The position numbers were made by a program, and so were the translations under genes. 64,000 nucleotides of DNA from contig CAVUDW010000003.1 in assembly GCA_963740355.1 (NCBI GenBank), positions 800,001-864,000 on the forward strand, in the 5' to 3' direction. The stretch is from an uncultured Gemmatimonadaceae bacterium. GTDB lineage: Bacteria > Gemmatimonadota > Gemmatimonadetes > Gemmatimonadales > Gemmatimonadaceae. Of the stretch, positions 20,032 to 31,602 are shown piece by piece. Position 1 is the stretch's first letter, and every line of letters begins with the position of its first letter. The notes below the pieces were generated by a model. That model ran no database searches and was not told the origin of the DNA. It was given only the letters and a program-made list of their open reading frames with translations.

Positions 20032-20841
20032 TCAGGCCACCGGGCGCAGCATCGTGCTCGCCAGCTCCTTCACGATCTTGGCCGCCACCATCGCGGTCAT
20101 GCCCGTGGGATCGCGACGCGGATTGAACTCGACCACATCCGCGCCGACGATCGGCGAGCGAATACCCTGAATCATGCCGAGGACCTCGCGGACCGTGAGC
20201 CCGCCTGGCTCCCAATGACTCACCCCCGGCGCAAAGGCTGGGTCGAGTCCGTCGATGTCGACCGAGATGTAGACCGGCCCTTCGATCACGGGCCGCAGGC
20301 CGGCTGCCCAGGCACGCATGTCGATGATCTCGACGCCAAACCGATCCGCCTGCTCACGCTGATGTCCTGAAAGTGTGCGGATCCCGACCTGCACCAGACG
20401 ACAGGCAAGCCCTTCTTCCATGATCCGCGCAAATGGGCAGGCATGCGAATACCGATCGCCTTCGAACTCATCGTAGAGGTCTGCGTGGGCGTCGATATGC
20501 AGGATGGTCGGCTGCCGATAGGTGCGGTTCACGGCGCGCAGAATGGGATAGGTCACGGAGTGATCACCGCCGAGTGCGATGATGCGCACGTCGGTGGTCA
20601 TCAGTGCCGCGACCCCCTGCTCGATCGCCATCCGAGCGCTGGAATCCGCCGCCAGCACAAGGTCACCGGCATCGCGCAGGGCACCAGGCTCGGCGAGGTT
20701 CCGCAGCTCCTCGGACCAGTGATTCGCCGAGTCGGAATGCAGTGCGTCTCGGATCAAGGCGGGCGCCTCGGCTGGACCGCGCAGGAACGAGGAACTGGCG
20801 TCGTAGGGCAGGCCAAGCAGGCACGGTGGCAGGACGGTCAT
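20032..20841 (-). CDS. speB: Agmatinase/arginase-family ureohydrolase
   Basis: GGDHS, DAHAD, SHACPF, SVDIDGLDPAFAPG, DVVEFNP. Confidence 0.85.
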   Translation of the reverse strand: MTVLPPCLLGLPYDASSSFLRGPAEAPALIRDALHSDSANHWSEELRNLAEPGALRDAGDLVLAADSSARMAIEQGVAALMTTDVRIIALGGDHSVTYPILRAVNRTYRQPTILHIDAHADLYDEFEGDRYSHACPFARIMEEGLACRLVQVGIRTLSGHQREQADRFGVEIIDMRAWAAGLRPVIEGPVYISVDIDGLDPAFAPGVSHWEPGGLTVREVLGMIQGIRSPIVGADVVEFNPRRDPTGMTAMVAAKIVKELASTMLRPVA

Positions 20842-20970
20842 CGAGAGGCTCGCGGGCTACTGGGACCAAAGAACGGCATTCAAACACAAGGTATCGCCCT
20901 TCACGAAATGATCGCGCGCGCCGTCTACCGAGGGTAGACTCCAAGCATCCCACAGCAGGTGTGTTCATCG

Positions 20971-22319
20971 ATGACAGTTGCCGCACCAGGTGTGCCCCCG
21001 GGCCCGAAAAACCGCTTTCCGGGCGACATGATTCTTCGCATGTCGCGCCAACGGATCGAGCTCCTGCGCACGATGGCCGCGCAATACGGTGACGTGTCGG
21101 AGTTGCAGCTGGGCAAGCAACGCATCGTGCTGCTCACCAATCCAGACGACATTCGCGACGTGCTGGTGACCAACCAGCGCAATTTCCGGAAGGGGCAGGC
21201 GCTGGAGCGGGCCAAGGTGCTGGTCGGCGAAGGGCTGCTGACATCGGAGGGCGAACACCACCTGCGGCAGCGCCGCCTGGTGCAACCCGCCTTCCATCGT
21301 GCACGCATCGCCGCCTACGCTGGTGCGATGACGGGTGCCGCCATGTCGCGCCAGGTATCCTGGCATGATGGGGCAACATTCGATGCCAATCGCGAGATGA
21401 TGCACGTGACGCTCGCGATCGTGGCATCGACGCTCTTCGGTGCCGATGTCGGTGCCGAGAGCAGTGAGATCGGCAATGCACTGGACGATGTCTTCGAGGC
21501 ATTCACGATCGGCTACGGTCCGCTCACGCCACTGCTCGACATCCTGCCAACGCCGCGTCGTCGCCGATTTGCGGCGGGCAAGAAACGCGTCGATGCCACC
21601 ATCGATCGCATCATCGCCGAGCGCCGAAAGAGTGGTCAGGACACGGGTGACCTCCTGTCCATGCTGCTGCACGCCACCGACACCGAGGGCGATGGCACCG
21701 GCATGTCGGACCAGCAACTTCGCGACGAGGCCATCACCCTGTTCATCGCCGGGCATGAGACCACCGCCAACGCACTGACCTGGACCTGGCTCCTGCTGGC
21801 CAGGAATCCCGCGGCGGAGCGCACCTTGCACGAGGAGATCGATCGTGTCGTCGGCGACCGGATGCCGACGATGGACGACCTCGCGCAGCTGCCATTCACG
21901 CGCGGCGTGATCGCGGAATCGATGCGGCTCTATCCGCCAGCGTACATCGTGGGACGGCGGTCGCTCGACACCTACAGCGTCGGGGGATACGACTTCCCTG
22001 CCGGCACGCTCTTTCTCTCGCCGCAGTTCCTCGTCCACCGCGATCCGCGGTGGTGGCCCGACGCGGAGGCGTTCAAGCCCGAACGCTGGCTCGACGCCGA
22101 GGCGACGGCCGCGCGCCCGAAGATGGCCTACTTCCCGTTCGGTGCCGGCACACGCATCTGCGTTGGCGAGCAGTTCGCGTGGATGGAAGCGATGCTCGTC
22201 CTCGTCACGCTCGCACGACGCTGGCGGCTGCGTGTCGACGGCCCTGATCCTGAGCTGGAACCGATCATCACGTTGCGCCCGAAAGGTGGTTGCCAGCGCG
22301 ACTGGAGACGCGGCCCTAG
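20971..22319 (+). CDS. Cytochrome P450 (apparent 1-nt deletion about 10 codons before the natural stop)
   Basis: AGHETT, ESMR, PERW, FPFGAGTRICVG heme motif. Expected ending LPARLETRP* lies in a shifted frame, ending at TAG 22317-22319. Confidence 0.9.
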
Positions 22320-22362
22320 GCCGTCGTCGACGCCGGGAGCGCGCGTCTGGCAGCCATCGCGC

Positions 22363-23787
22363 CTACTGAATCCAGACGTTCGCCTGCCCCAGCAAACGTG
22401 CACGCACGACGAACGCACTTTCGCTGGTGCTGACACTTTCCACCTGAAAGCTGGTGATGCTGCCGCCGAGGATCACGCCGGGTGACACGGTGCGATTCAG
22501 CAATTGCAGCATCTGGGTGCGCACCGAGTCGAGCTGTGCACCAAGCGGCACCCGACCGCCCATCGTCGCCTTGCGAATCGCGCGGCCGATCAATGGCGCG
22601 GCAAGCGTGGCCTTCATCCGTGACATCGCGCCACGACTTTCGAGGTTCCAGTCGAGGTCATCGAGTCGCAGCTCGCGAGAGGTGGGATCCCAGCGCAACC
22701 GCGACATCAATGTCAGCCGGCCACGGAGCGAGCCGCTGACATCGAGCACGATGCGGACGCTGTCGCCGCTCGCCTGCACGTGCACGCTGTCCACGCGTTC
22801 ACTGGTATTCGCCGTTTCGGCCACGAGCAGTTCCGTGGCGCGGCGATTCACCTCTGCAAACGGCAGTTCGACGGAGACAGGTACCACGAATCCGCCGGGA
22901 CTCGTGCCGAGGCTCAGCACCGGCAGCGGCCTGTCGATCGTGGGCGGCTTGGCTCCGGCGATCACCCGTGGACGCGCGTACACCACGATCGCCGTCCTGA
23001 AGCTTGGCCCCACGCCGCTCAGCGGTACCACCCGAATCGCTTCCGGGTCGAGCACCAGCCAGAGGGTGTTGAGCGTGTCGAGTGGTGTGGGCTCGAGAAA
23101 GCTTCGCCAGATGGAATCCGCCAGCGGCCGAAGATCCGCGGCTGCCGGAAGCGCGGTATCGACCTGCGCCGAAAAGTCCTTCAGCTGGCCGTCGATCATC
23201 GATTGCAGCGCTGGTGTGGCATCGACCAGCAGCGCCGTCACTCGGCAGGGATCGAGTAGCGTGGCGGCGAGGGCCGTCTCGCGTGAACCGATCTTCCAGT
23301 CGCGACGCCAATAGAGATTGGTGGCGAGGGAGAGCGTGGCGCGACGGGGCGTCTCCGCACCATAACCGCAGCTGGCGATCCCGGCCCCCGGCACGCCGAC
23401 TCTCGCACGATATCGCAGCGTGGTGTTGATGCTGAAGCGCTCACCGGTCGCGGACAGCGCCAGCGGATCGCGGGTGTAGACGTACTGGTGGCAGACCAGG
23501 CGCGCGACGCTCTTGCAGGCGGCGTCGGCGAGCGAATCACGCACCGGGAACAGCGAGTCGAGCGCCGGCGCCAGGGCACGCAGCACATACGTGACCTGCA
23601 CCGGGATCACAGCGAGCTCAGCTTGCGGCTGGCTTGCCTTGACGACACCGGAGACGGCGGCTGGGAGCTGCGGCACTGTCGTGGCCACTGGTGTCGGCGC
23701 CGGCGCCACCGTGGCCGGCGTGCTGCCGGCACATCCGCCCAGCAAGACGGCAGCCGAGGCGAGGCCAATCCATCGCGGGGCGCTCAT
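22363..23787 (-). CDS. DUF4403-like lipoprotein
   Basis: Lipobox LGGC, Pro/Thr linker, WLVLDPEAI and PRVIAGAKP motifs resembling DUF4403. Confidence 0.65.
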   Translation of the reverse strand: MSAPRWIGLASAAVLLGGCAGSTPATVAPAPTPVATTVPQLPAAVSGVVKASQPQAELAVIPVQVTYVLRALAPALDSLFPVRDSLADAACKSVARLVCHQYVYTRDPLALSATGERFSINTTLRYRARVGVPGAGIASCGYGAETPRRATLSLATNLYWRRDWKIGSRETALAATLLDPCRVTALLVDATPALQSMIDGQLKDFSAQVDTALPAAADLRPLADSIWRSFLEPTPLDTLNTLWLVLDPEAIRVVPLSGVGPSFRTAIVVYARPRVIAGAKPPTIDRPLPVLSLGTSPGGFVVPVSVELPFAEVNRRATELLVAETANTSERVDSVHVQASGDSVRIVLDVSGSLRGRLTLMSRLRWDPTSRELRLDDLDWNLESRGAMSRMKATLAAPLIGRAIRKATMGGRVPLGAQLDSVRTQMLQLLNRTVSPGVILGGSITSFQVESVSTSESAFVVRARLLGQANVWIQ

Positions 23788-24002
23788 GCCTTCCGCAAAA
23801 ACTCGGTCTTGAGGACGAGGCCCTTCACCTTCTCGTGGTTTGCCTCGATCTCCCCGTCACTGCCGTTGAGGCGGATGTTCTTGATCGTGGTGCCGCGCTT
23901 GAGGGTCACGGACGAGCCCTTGACCTTCAAGTCCTTGATCACGAGCACCGTGTCACCATCGGCGAGCGGGTTGCCATTGCTGTCACGGACAACGATGTCC
24001 AT
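23784..24002 (-). CDS. YjdM/PhnA C-terminal-domain protein (no zinc ribbon)
   Basis: RDSNGNPLADGDTVLVIKDLKVKGSS..LKRGT..LKTEFL. Confidence 0.85.
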   Translation of the reverse strand: MDIVVRDSNGNPLADGDTVLVIKDLKVKGSSVTLKRGTTIKNIRLNGSDGEIEANHEKVKGLVLKTEFLRKA

Positions 24003-24128
24003 TCTCGAATTCCTGGTCTGTGCGGAAGTATTCAGCGGCGCTCAGAGGCCGTGAGGCACGGCGCCGACACCCGGAGAATACCCGGGTCGGCTAGCTTCCG
24101 GTATGAGCGATTACCTGCAGGACCGCCG

Positions 24129-24644
24129 ATGAGGATCGTGGGCGGCAAGTACAAGGGCCGCGACCTCACGTCGCCGAATGACTTCCGCGTGCGGCCCACA
24201 GCGGAGCGGGTGCGATCGTTGCTGCTCGATCAGCTGAAGCCCGATCTCGACGGCGCACGCATCCTCGACCTCTTTGCCGGCACCGGCGCACTGGGCCTCG
24301 AGGCGATTTCGCGTGGCGCCAAGTACGCCGACTTCGTCGAGACACGTCCGAGCAGCCTGCACGCGCTGAAGGCCAACATCGGCCTGCTGCGGGTGTCGCA
24401 GAAGTGTCGCGTCTACAAGAAGGATGCGGTGCAGTTCGCCGAGGCCCAGACCGAGCAGCGCTGGGACATCGCCTTCGCCGACCCGCCGTACGACTCGAAG
24501 ATGCTCGACCGAGTCGTCGCGGCCTGGCAGGCGACGAAGTTCTCCCGTGTGCTGGCCTGCGAGCACACCCGCGATCACGCCATCCCACTCGGCGACTACC
24601 GCACTGCAATCGAAGACACCGCGATCACGATCTACCGCGCCTGA
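24129..24644 (+). CDS. rsmD: 16S rRNA m2G966 methyltransferase
   Basis: MRIVGGKYKGR, RPT, LDLFAGTGALGLEAISRGA, DPPY. Confidence 0.92.
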   Translation: MRIVGGKYKGRDLTSPNDFRVRPTAERVRSLLLDQLKPDLDGARILDLFAGTGALGLEAISRGAKYADFVETRPSSLHALKANIGLLRVSQKCRVYKKDAVQFAEAQTEQRWDIAFADPPYDSKMLDRVVAAWQATKFSRVLACEHTRDHAIPLGDYRTAIEDTAITIYRA

Positions 24645-24689
24645 GGGCGTTTACTTGATTCTCCTGCCGACGCGTAAGCGGGGCGCTTT

Positions 24690-24887
24690 CACTGCAAAAC
24701 GCAGAGACGCGGAGACGCAGAGGGTTCTACGCGCGCCGGCAGCCTCCGCGAATTGCGCAATGCGAGAAAGCCTTGGGTACTGCATTTACGGTTGCAGTTC
24801 CCAAGGCTTTCTAGATTGCAGGTTGGCACCGTCGGCACGTCTCGCAGTAAAACTCTCTGCGTCTCCGCGTCTCTGCGTTTAGCAGTG
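24690..24887. repeat. Fold-back intergenic element, family A
   Basis: 41-bp terminal inverted arms (3 mismatches) built on ACGCAGAGACGCGGAGACGCAGAG, plus an inner inverted repeat AGAAAGCCTTGGG..CCCAAGGCTTTCT. Confidence 0.85.
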
Positions 24888-24900
24888 GCAGTTCAGCAGT

Positions 24901-26118
24901 TTACGCCATCTTGGCCTGCAGGCGACGATCGATGGCGTCGAGGAAGTCCTCGGTGGAGAGGTACGGCGAATTCTTGCTGATGAGGATCGCAAGGTCCTTC
25001 GTCATCTCGCCGGATTCGACCGCTTCGATGCAGACGGCCTCCAGCGCGTTCGCGAAGTCGACCAGCGCCGGTGTGCCATCGAGCTTGCCGCGATGGGCGA
25101 GGCCGCGCGTCCAGGCGAAGATCGATGCGATCGGGTTGGTTGACGTCTTGTTGCCCTTCTGGTGTTCGCGGAAGTGGCGCGTGACGGTGCCGTGGGCCGC
25201 TTCGGCTTCCATCGTCTTGCCATCGGGCGTCATCAGCACGCTGGTCATCAGGCCCAGTGACCCGAAGCCCTGCGCCACGATGTCCGACTGCACGTCGCCG
25301 TCGTAGTTCTTGCAGGCCCAGACGTAGCCACCTTCCCACTTCAGTGCAGCCGCCACCATGTCGTCGATCAGGCGATGCTCATAGGTGATGCCCTTGGCGT
25401 CGAAGTCGGCCTTGAACTCTTCCTCGAACACCTTCTCGAAGATGTCCTTGAATGCCCCGTCGTACGCCTTGAGGATCGTGTTCTTGGTGCTGAGGTACAC
25501 CGGGTAGCTGCGCTGCAGGCCGTAGGTGAGGCTGGCGCGGGCGAAGTCACGGATCGAATCGTTGTAGTTGTACATGCCCATCGCCACGCCGCCGTCGGCA
25601 CCGTACTTGGCGACTTCGAACTGTGTCGGGCCGCTGCCGTCTGCCGGCGTCCAGGTCATCGTGACCGTGCCAGCGCCCGGTACCTTGAAGTCGGTCGCCT
25701 TGTACTGGTCGCCATGGGCGTGACGGCCGACCACGATCGGCTTGGTCCATCCCGGCACGAGGCGCGGGATGTTCTGCATGATGATCGGTTCGCGGAAGAT
25801 CACACCACCGAGGATGTTGCGGATCGTCCCGTTGGGGCTCTTCCACATCTTCTTCAGGTTGAACTCCTTCACCCGCGCCTCGTCCGGCGTGATCGTCGCG
25901 CACTTCACCGCCACCCCGTACTTCTTGGTGGCTTCCGCCGAGTCGATCGTGACCTGATCGTTGGTGGCATCGCGATGCTCGATGCCGAGGTCGTAGTAGT
26001 CGAGCTGAATGTCCAGGTAGGGGAGAATCAGCTTGTCCTTGATGAACTGCCAGATGATGCGGGTCATCTCGTCGCCGTCCATCTCGACGACCGGGTTTAC
26101 CACCTTGATCTTGGCCAT
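24901..26118 (-). CDS. icd: NADP-dependent isocitrate dehydrogenase (eukaryote-like subfamily)
   Basis: [49 protein letters not shown]. Confidence 0.97.
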   Translation of the reverse strand: MAKIKVVNPVVEMDGDEMTRIIWQFIKDKLILPYLDIQLDYYDLGIEHRDATNDQVTIDSAEATKKYGVAVKCATITPDEARVKEFNLKKMWKSPNGTIRNILGGVIFREPIIMQNIPRLVPGWTKPIVVGRHAHGDQYKATDFKVPGAGTVTMTWTPADGSGPTQFEVAKYGADGGVAMGMYNYNDSIRDFARASLTYGLQRSYPVYLSTKNTILKAYDGAFKDIFEKVFEEEFKADFDAKGITYEHRLIDDMVAAALKWEGGYVWACKNYDGDVQSDIVAQGFGSLGLMTSVLMTPDGKTMEAEAAHGTVTRHFREHQKGNKTSTNPIASIFAWTRGLAHRGKLDGTPALVDFANALEAVCIEAVESGEMTKDLAILISKNSPYLSTEDFLDAIDRRLQAKMA

Positions 26119-26766
26119 GACGCTTTCCTGAGCGTGAGTCGGGCACACCACGCGGCGCGCGGCGGCAGAAGTTCTGGGGGCGGATTCTAGTGGGATGTAA
26201 CGGTGATGCCAATTGTCGGGCCCGCTAGAACGCGACGCGCGCAAGTCAGATCTCTCGACATGAGCAGACGTTGCGCTTCACCAACGCCTCGCCTGTGACG
26301 CACTCCGTGAGCTCCGTGGCCTCCCGCTCACATGCTGTTGACGATCGCCGACGATCCCGGACGTCTGTCACTGCGGTAGATCGTAAACAGCGGTGGGGAG
26401 GGAGCGCATGGAGCTCACGGAGTGCGTCGAGGGCAACGACTCGTGCTGCGCGCGGATTGTCACGTGACAAGTGCCTGCGCCCGCTCAGTCGTGTTGCGCG
26501 CCGCTTCGCTCGAGACGCAGCACGCAATCTTCAGAGAAGTGTCCTAATTGCGTCACGACGTTTGACGGTGCGGTAACGAGCCTGCGACAACACGCGCCGA
26601 AGGTGAAACATCGCGACGAGTGGGGCGTCGGCGCGCACATGTTGGGTACACGCAGCGCAGGCCCGTCGGGACGGGTGTGCGCGAGATGCGATGAAGGTCA
26701 GCTGCGTTGCACTGGATCGGCAGCAACGCGCCTTCCCGTCCCCACCGTTTCGCTCGAGACTCCCCG

Positions 26767-28188
26767 ATGAAGCAGATCGCAGCAGTGTTCACCGCTGGCG
26801 TCGTCGCACTGGCATCAGCCCAGGCGCAGACTGTCAGCAACGCGACGTTCACCAATGGCATCACCGTCGCCGCCAACACCCTCGACCAGTCAACCGGTTC
26901 GGCGTTCGATCGCCGCGTCGGCATGTTTTCTGGTCTGTTCTACGATCCGCTGCGTGGCGAATGGTGGGGCGTGTCGGATCGTGGCCCGGGCGGCGGCACT
27001 CTGCCGTACGAAACCCGCGTGCAACGCTTCACGATCGATGTCGACAAGTCCACCGGACGAATCAGCAATTTCCAGATTCAGGCCACCATCAAGTTCACCA
27101 GCGGTGGTGTTGCGCTCAATGGACTGGCACCGAACCCCGTCTCGACGCTTGGCAAGTCGTTCGATCCGGAAGGCGTCGCCATCAACCCGCTGAATGGCAA
27201 CATCCTGATCTCCGACGAATACGGTCCGTCACTGATCGAGTTCAATCGGAGTGGCGTGGAAGTCCGTCGCTTCACTCCGCCGGCGAACATCATCCCGCGC
27301 AATGCCGTCAGCGGCACACCGAACTTCGCCGATGACGTGGGCAACACTGCCGGTCGCGTGACGAACCGTGGGTTCGAAGGCCTCGCGATCAGCCCCGACG
27401 GCAAGTACGCCTACGCCACGCTGCAGAGCGCGATGTATGACGAGGGTGGCAGTAGCGGCCAGTTCACCCGGATCGTGAAGTTCGACATGGCCACCGGCGA
27501 AGCGGTGGGCCAGTTCGCCTACAAGTTCGAGACGACGGGTGCAGGACGCGGCGTGTCGGAACTGGTGGCACTCGGCAGTGACAAGTTCCTCATCCTCGAG
27601 CGCAACAACCGAGGCGTGGGCATCGGCGCGACCCTCGCGACGGCCGACAAGAGCATCTTCCAGATCGACCTCGCTGGTGCGACCGACATCTCGAACATCT
27701 CGATCACCAACGGCGTCCTGCCGGCCGGAGTGGTGGCCGTGGGCAAGAGCGCCAAGATCATCGACCTCGACGCGAACACGTTGACGGCACTGGGCAACCG
27801 CTCCCCCGAGAAGTGGGAAGGCATCGCCATCGGTCCTCGTCTCGACAACGGGCAGTACCTGATCCTGGCTGGCTCGGACAACGACTACAGCGTGACGCAG
27901 AACGCGCAGGGTGCGCAACTCGATGTCTGGCTCAATTTCCTCGATGCCGATCCGTACGCGACATCGATTCAGTGCCCGCTCGGCCTCACCACGGGCTGTA
28001 TCCGGACCAACGGTGGTGCAGCGGTCGAACTGACGAGCGCCTACGCCCAGCTTCCCGGCGTGCTGCACGCCTACTCGGCCGACATCAATGGCTACGTCAG
28101 TGTCGTCCCCGAGCCGACCACCATCTCGTTGATGGTCCTCGGACTCGGCATCCTCGGCCTGTCCGCACGTCGTCGCAAGCACTCGTAA
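26767..28188 (+). CDS. Esterase-like phytase-domain protein with PEP-CTERM sorting signal
   Basis: Signal peptide, SDRGPG, DPEG, SDEYGP, NRGFEGLA, EKWEG, DND; C-terminal VPEPTT, TM segment and RRRK. Confidence 0.88.
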   Translation: MKQIAAVFTAGVVALASAQAQTVSNATFTNGITVAANTLDQSTGSAFDRRVGMFSGLFYDPLRGEWWGVSDRGPGGGTLPYETRVQRFTIDVDKSTGRISNFQIQATIKFTSGGVALNGLAPNPVSTLGKSFDPEGVAINPLNGNILISDEYGPSLIEFNRSGVEVRRFTPPANIIPRNAVSGTPNFADDVGNTAGRVTNRGFEGLAISPDGKYAYATLQSAMYDEGGSSGQFTRIVKFDMATGEAVGQFAYKFETTGAGRGVSELVALGSDKFLILERNNRGVGIGATLATADKSIFQIDLAGATDISNISITNGVLPAGVVAVGKSAKIIDLDANTLTALGNRSPEKWEGIAIGPRLDNGQYLILAGSDNDYSVTQNAQGAQLDVWLNFLDADPYATSIQCPLGLTTGCIRTNGGAAVELTSAYAQLPGVLHAYSADINGYVSVVPEPTTISLMVLGLGILGLSARRRKHS

Positions 28189-28209
28189 GCACTCGGTCAA
28201 CAGCAAACA

Positions 28210-28377
28210 GCAACAGCCCTGACGCAAAACTGCATCGGGGTAAGGCAACAGCCGCAAAACTGAACAGCCGCAAAACCGATCTGGCAAGTCAGTTTGTCAG
28301 TGGCAGTTTTGCGGCTGTCGCAGTTCCCTGCGGCTTCTGCAGTTTCGCTTCTTTCAGTTTTGCGTCAAGGCAGTTGC
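28210..28377. repeat. Fold-back intergenic element, family B
   Basis: GCAACAGCCCTGACGCAAAACTG...CAGTTTTGCGTCAAGGCAGTTGC arms with internal ACAGCCGCAAAAC / GTTTTGCGGCTGT units. Confidence 0.8.
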
Positions 28378-28394
28378 GTGAAGAACTCAGAGCT

Positions 28395-29165
28395 CTACCA
28401 GGTTGGTCGAGTACTGATGCCGCCGTCGACGAGGATGTCGGCGCCGGTGATCCAGCGTGCAGCGGACGACGCGAGGAAGAGCACGGCATCGGCGACGTCC
28501 TCGGGCTGGCCGAGACGCTCCAGTGGCGCGGCGCTCGTCCATCGGGCGACGCCAGGGGGCCAGTCCTCGGCGAGGCCGGGGCGATCGATGAGGCCCGGCG
28601 AGACCGAGTTCACGCGAATGCCGTGTTGGCCGTACTCCAGTGCGGCGGCGCGCGTGAACATCAACTGGCCCGCCTTCGATGTCGCGTAGTGCCCGTGGCC
28701 TGACGCCGGCGAGTGCCCTTCGATCGAGACGATGTTGACGATCGCGCCCGTCACGCCGCGCGCAATCATTGCGGCCGCGGCGATCCGCGTGGTGAGGAAG
28801 ATGCCCGTGATGTTGGTGGCCAGCATCGCCTGAAACGCTGACAGTGGCATGTCGGCCAGGCTCTGCACGCCTTGATCGGCAGCGTTGTTGACGACGATGT
28901 CCACCGGGCCGAGCGTGTTCGCTATGGAGGCGAACATCGCTTCGCAGTCCGCCTCGCTGGCGATGTCGGCCCCGATGCTCATCGCGAGGCCGCCGGTGGC
29001 AGCAATCCGTTCCACCGTGGCCGCGGCTGAATCGGCATTGCTGTTGTAGTGCACTGCCACCTTCGCGCCGGCCTCGCTCATGCGCTGCGCGATGACACGA
29101 CCAATCCCGCCGGACGCCCCCGTCACCAAAACCACCTTGCCCGTGAGGTCGAGCAGGTCTTTCAC
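28395..29165 (-). CDS. SDR-family oxidoreductase (FabG-like)
   Basis: TGASGGIG, VNNA, YATSK, IRVNSVSPG, VDGG. Confidence 0.92.
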   Translation of the reverse strand: MKDLLDLTGKVVLVTGASGGIGRVIAQRMSEAGAKVAVHYNSNADSAAATVERIAATGGLAMSIGADIASEADCEAMFASIANTLGPVDIVVNNAADQGVQSLADMPLSAFQAMLATNITGIFLTTRIAAAAMIARGVTGAIVNIVSIEGHSPASGHGHYATSKAGQLMFTRAAALEYGQHGIRVNSVSPGLIDRPGLAEDWPPGVARWTSAAPLERLGQPEDVADAVLFLASSAARWITGADILVDGGISTRPTW

Positions 29166-29209
29166 CTTCGGAATGTGCAGTCATCGCGATCGTCGATATC
29201 GGCGGTGGG

Positions 29210-31455
29210 CTACTTGCCCGGATGGTACGTCCGCTCGGTATGTCCCTCGAGCTGCGAACGATAGAAGTACACATCGCGCAGGTCACCCGCGGCGTAGCGC
29301 GCGGCCTGATCGTTGAAGTGCTTCGAACCAGGATTGCCATTCACGCCACCGGCGGTGACCGCCTTGGCACGCACGCTGTCGCCAAACTCCACCACCGCCA
29401 CGAAGCTGTTGCCGTTCGTACCGTACCACTTCTTGGTGCCCGTGATACGGCCGCGCGCCGAACGAGGCGAGCGAGCCCCAGCGGGACGATGTGAATGGCA
29501 CCGCGATGCTTGGCGCCACGTCGCTGAACGGCTGCACGATGTCACCCGTGCGACGCTGGAAGCGATTGATGTCGCCCCAGAACGTCTTCCAGCTGCCGAA
29601 GTTGGCGACGAGTGTATCTGATGCGGCAGCCAGCGCCTGCAGCTTGGCGGCCGGTGTGGTCTTCTTCGCCATGTAGTCGTACACCGACATGTCTTCGCTT
29701 TCTGCATCGGCGCGGGACAGGCGCCACATCTCCTCGCCCCAGAACACGGCCAGCGTGGTTGCCACCGAGTTTTCGGCCCATCGATAGTCCCAGGTGCGCA
29801 ACTGCGAGACCTGCTCGCCCAACTTGGCACGGAGAGGGTCGGTCATTGCGATGTTGTCGTACGCCTTGACCAGCGTCGGGATCAGGTCGGCAAAGGCCGG
29901 CAGGTAGCTGTCGTAGGCCGCATCACGGAGCGTCTCGAGCGTGAAGTCCTTGCGGGCGCTGAGCACGCGCATGGCGTGGATGCCGCGCGGATTCTCCGGA
30001 TAGGTCTCCATGTACTTCGGATAGTGCGGACTGCTTCGGGCTGGCCGCGCCTGCAACCGAGAACGGCCAGTTGTTCGTGTTCTGGATCCAGCCCGTCGAC
30101 GGATTCAGCACGTTCGGGCTGGCGTCGAGCGAGGTGATGCCGCGATACGTGGTTGCCGTGTCGCTGCCATCAACCGGCTTGTTCCAGTCGAACTTCGGGT
30201 TGCGAATCGGGACATGGTTGGCGTGGAAGTACGCGATGTTCCCTTCCGCGTCGGCAAAGATCGTGTTGTTCGACGAGTTCGTGTGCAACTCCATCGTGGC
30301 GCGGAACTCCTTGTAGTTCTTCGCCTTGGTGCGCGTCCAGGACTGCGTGAGGGCCTTCACCGGTTCCTGCATCAGCGCGACGCTGATCCACTTGCCGTCG
30401 GCCTGTCGCACCACCGGCCCATGTTCGGTGCGGTAGACGATGAAGTCACGCGTCGTCATGCCTGACTGGCCCTTGTACGCCACCGTGATCTTCGTGGCCT
30501 TGACCGGGACTTCCTTGCCAGCCACGACATAGGCGTAGCCATTGCCACTCTTCCGCACTTCCTCGGCATACTCGTCGATCACGTCGGCGCCGCTGGAGGT
30601 GTGCATCCAGCCCGCCTTGTCGTTGAAGCCCTGGTAGATGAAGAACTGTCCCCAGGTCGCGGCACCGTACGCGTTCAATCCCTCTTCGCTCACCATCTGC
30701 GCTTCTTCGCGGAAGAAGAACGAGGTGTGCGGATTGATCAGCAGCAGGGCGTGCTTGTTGGCGGTGTTCTGCGGTGCGACGGCGAATCCGTTCGAACCCG
30801 TCGGCTCCTTGGCTGGCGAGAAGCGTTCGGCGCGGAGCGGACTCTCGCCCACGGGAATCTGGCCGCCGATCGCCGGCGGCAGGTCGTAGAACGCCTGCAG
30901 CTCCTTCAACGAGACATCCTCGATGTCGCCGCCGATGCTCCCTTCGCTGAAGGTCAGTGCCATCCACGGCTCGAACTTCGTGAGCACCTTCGCCTTCGTT
31001 TCCGGGTGCATGTGCAGGTAGTAGTTCAGGCCATCGGCCCACGCCGTCGCCAGTGTCTGGAGCCACGGCGGGCTGGCAGCGAACTGCTTCTGCATCTCCA
31101 CCGGATCGATGAAGAGCTTCATGCGCAGGTCGCGCCAGATGGCGGCCTCGCCCTCGGCCTCGGCCAGTCGGCCCATCGCATTGAGGTAGTTGACCTCGAT
31201 GCGATTGAAGTCATCCTCGGCCTGCGCGTAGATCATGCCGAAGACCGCATCGGCGTCGGTCTTGCCGTAGATGTGCGGAATGCCCCAGTCGTCGCGGATG
31301 ATCGTGACACGCGCAGCCTGCTGCTCCCACCGGGCGACATCCGCACCGGCTGTCGTGGTATCGCTGCCGGCATTGCCGCCTGAGGCGGCCGGTTTGCCGG
31401 AGCAGCCGGCAGCCAGCAACAGGACGAGCGTGGGGAGCACCAGGGACGTTCGCAT
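29210..31455 (-). pseudogene. Penicillin acylase-family (S45, Ntn hydrolase) lipoprotein split by two +1 frameshifts (may be sequencing errors)
   Basis: Lipobox AAGC, IRDDWGIPHIYG, G/SNGFAV catalytic Ser, LLINPH. Continues across ORFs 29923-31635, 29283-30056 and 29210-29830, with extra bases near 30026 and 29443. Confidence 0.85.
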
Positions 31456-31602
31456 ACAGGCCTCGGAAAGATCAGGCAAAAAGATCGGGGGAATACCAGC
31501 GATGATGCTCGCCCAACGGCCGCCGTTCTGCAACCGGTGGCGCCAGAGGGCACGGCACGGCACGTTTCGACCAGCGAGACTCACCATCAGCCCCCGCAAT
31601 CG

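Noticed and set aside
26246..26760. Long intergenic region before the PEP-CTERM gene (possible ncRNA or sigma-54 promoter)
   Set aside because: No convincing -24/-12 motif, stable structure or coding signature seen.
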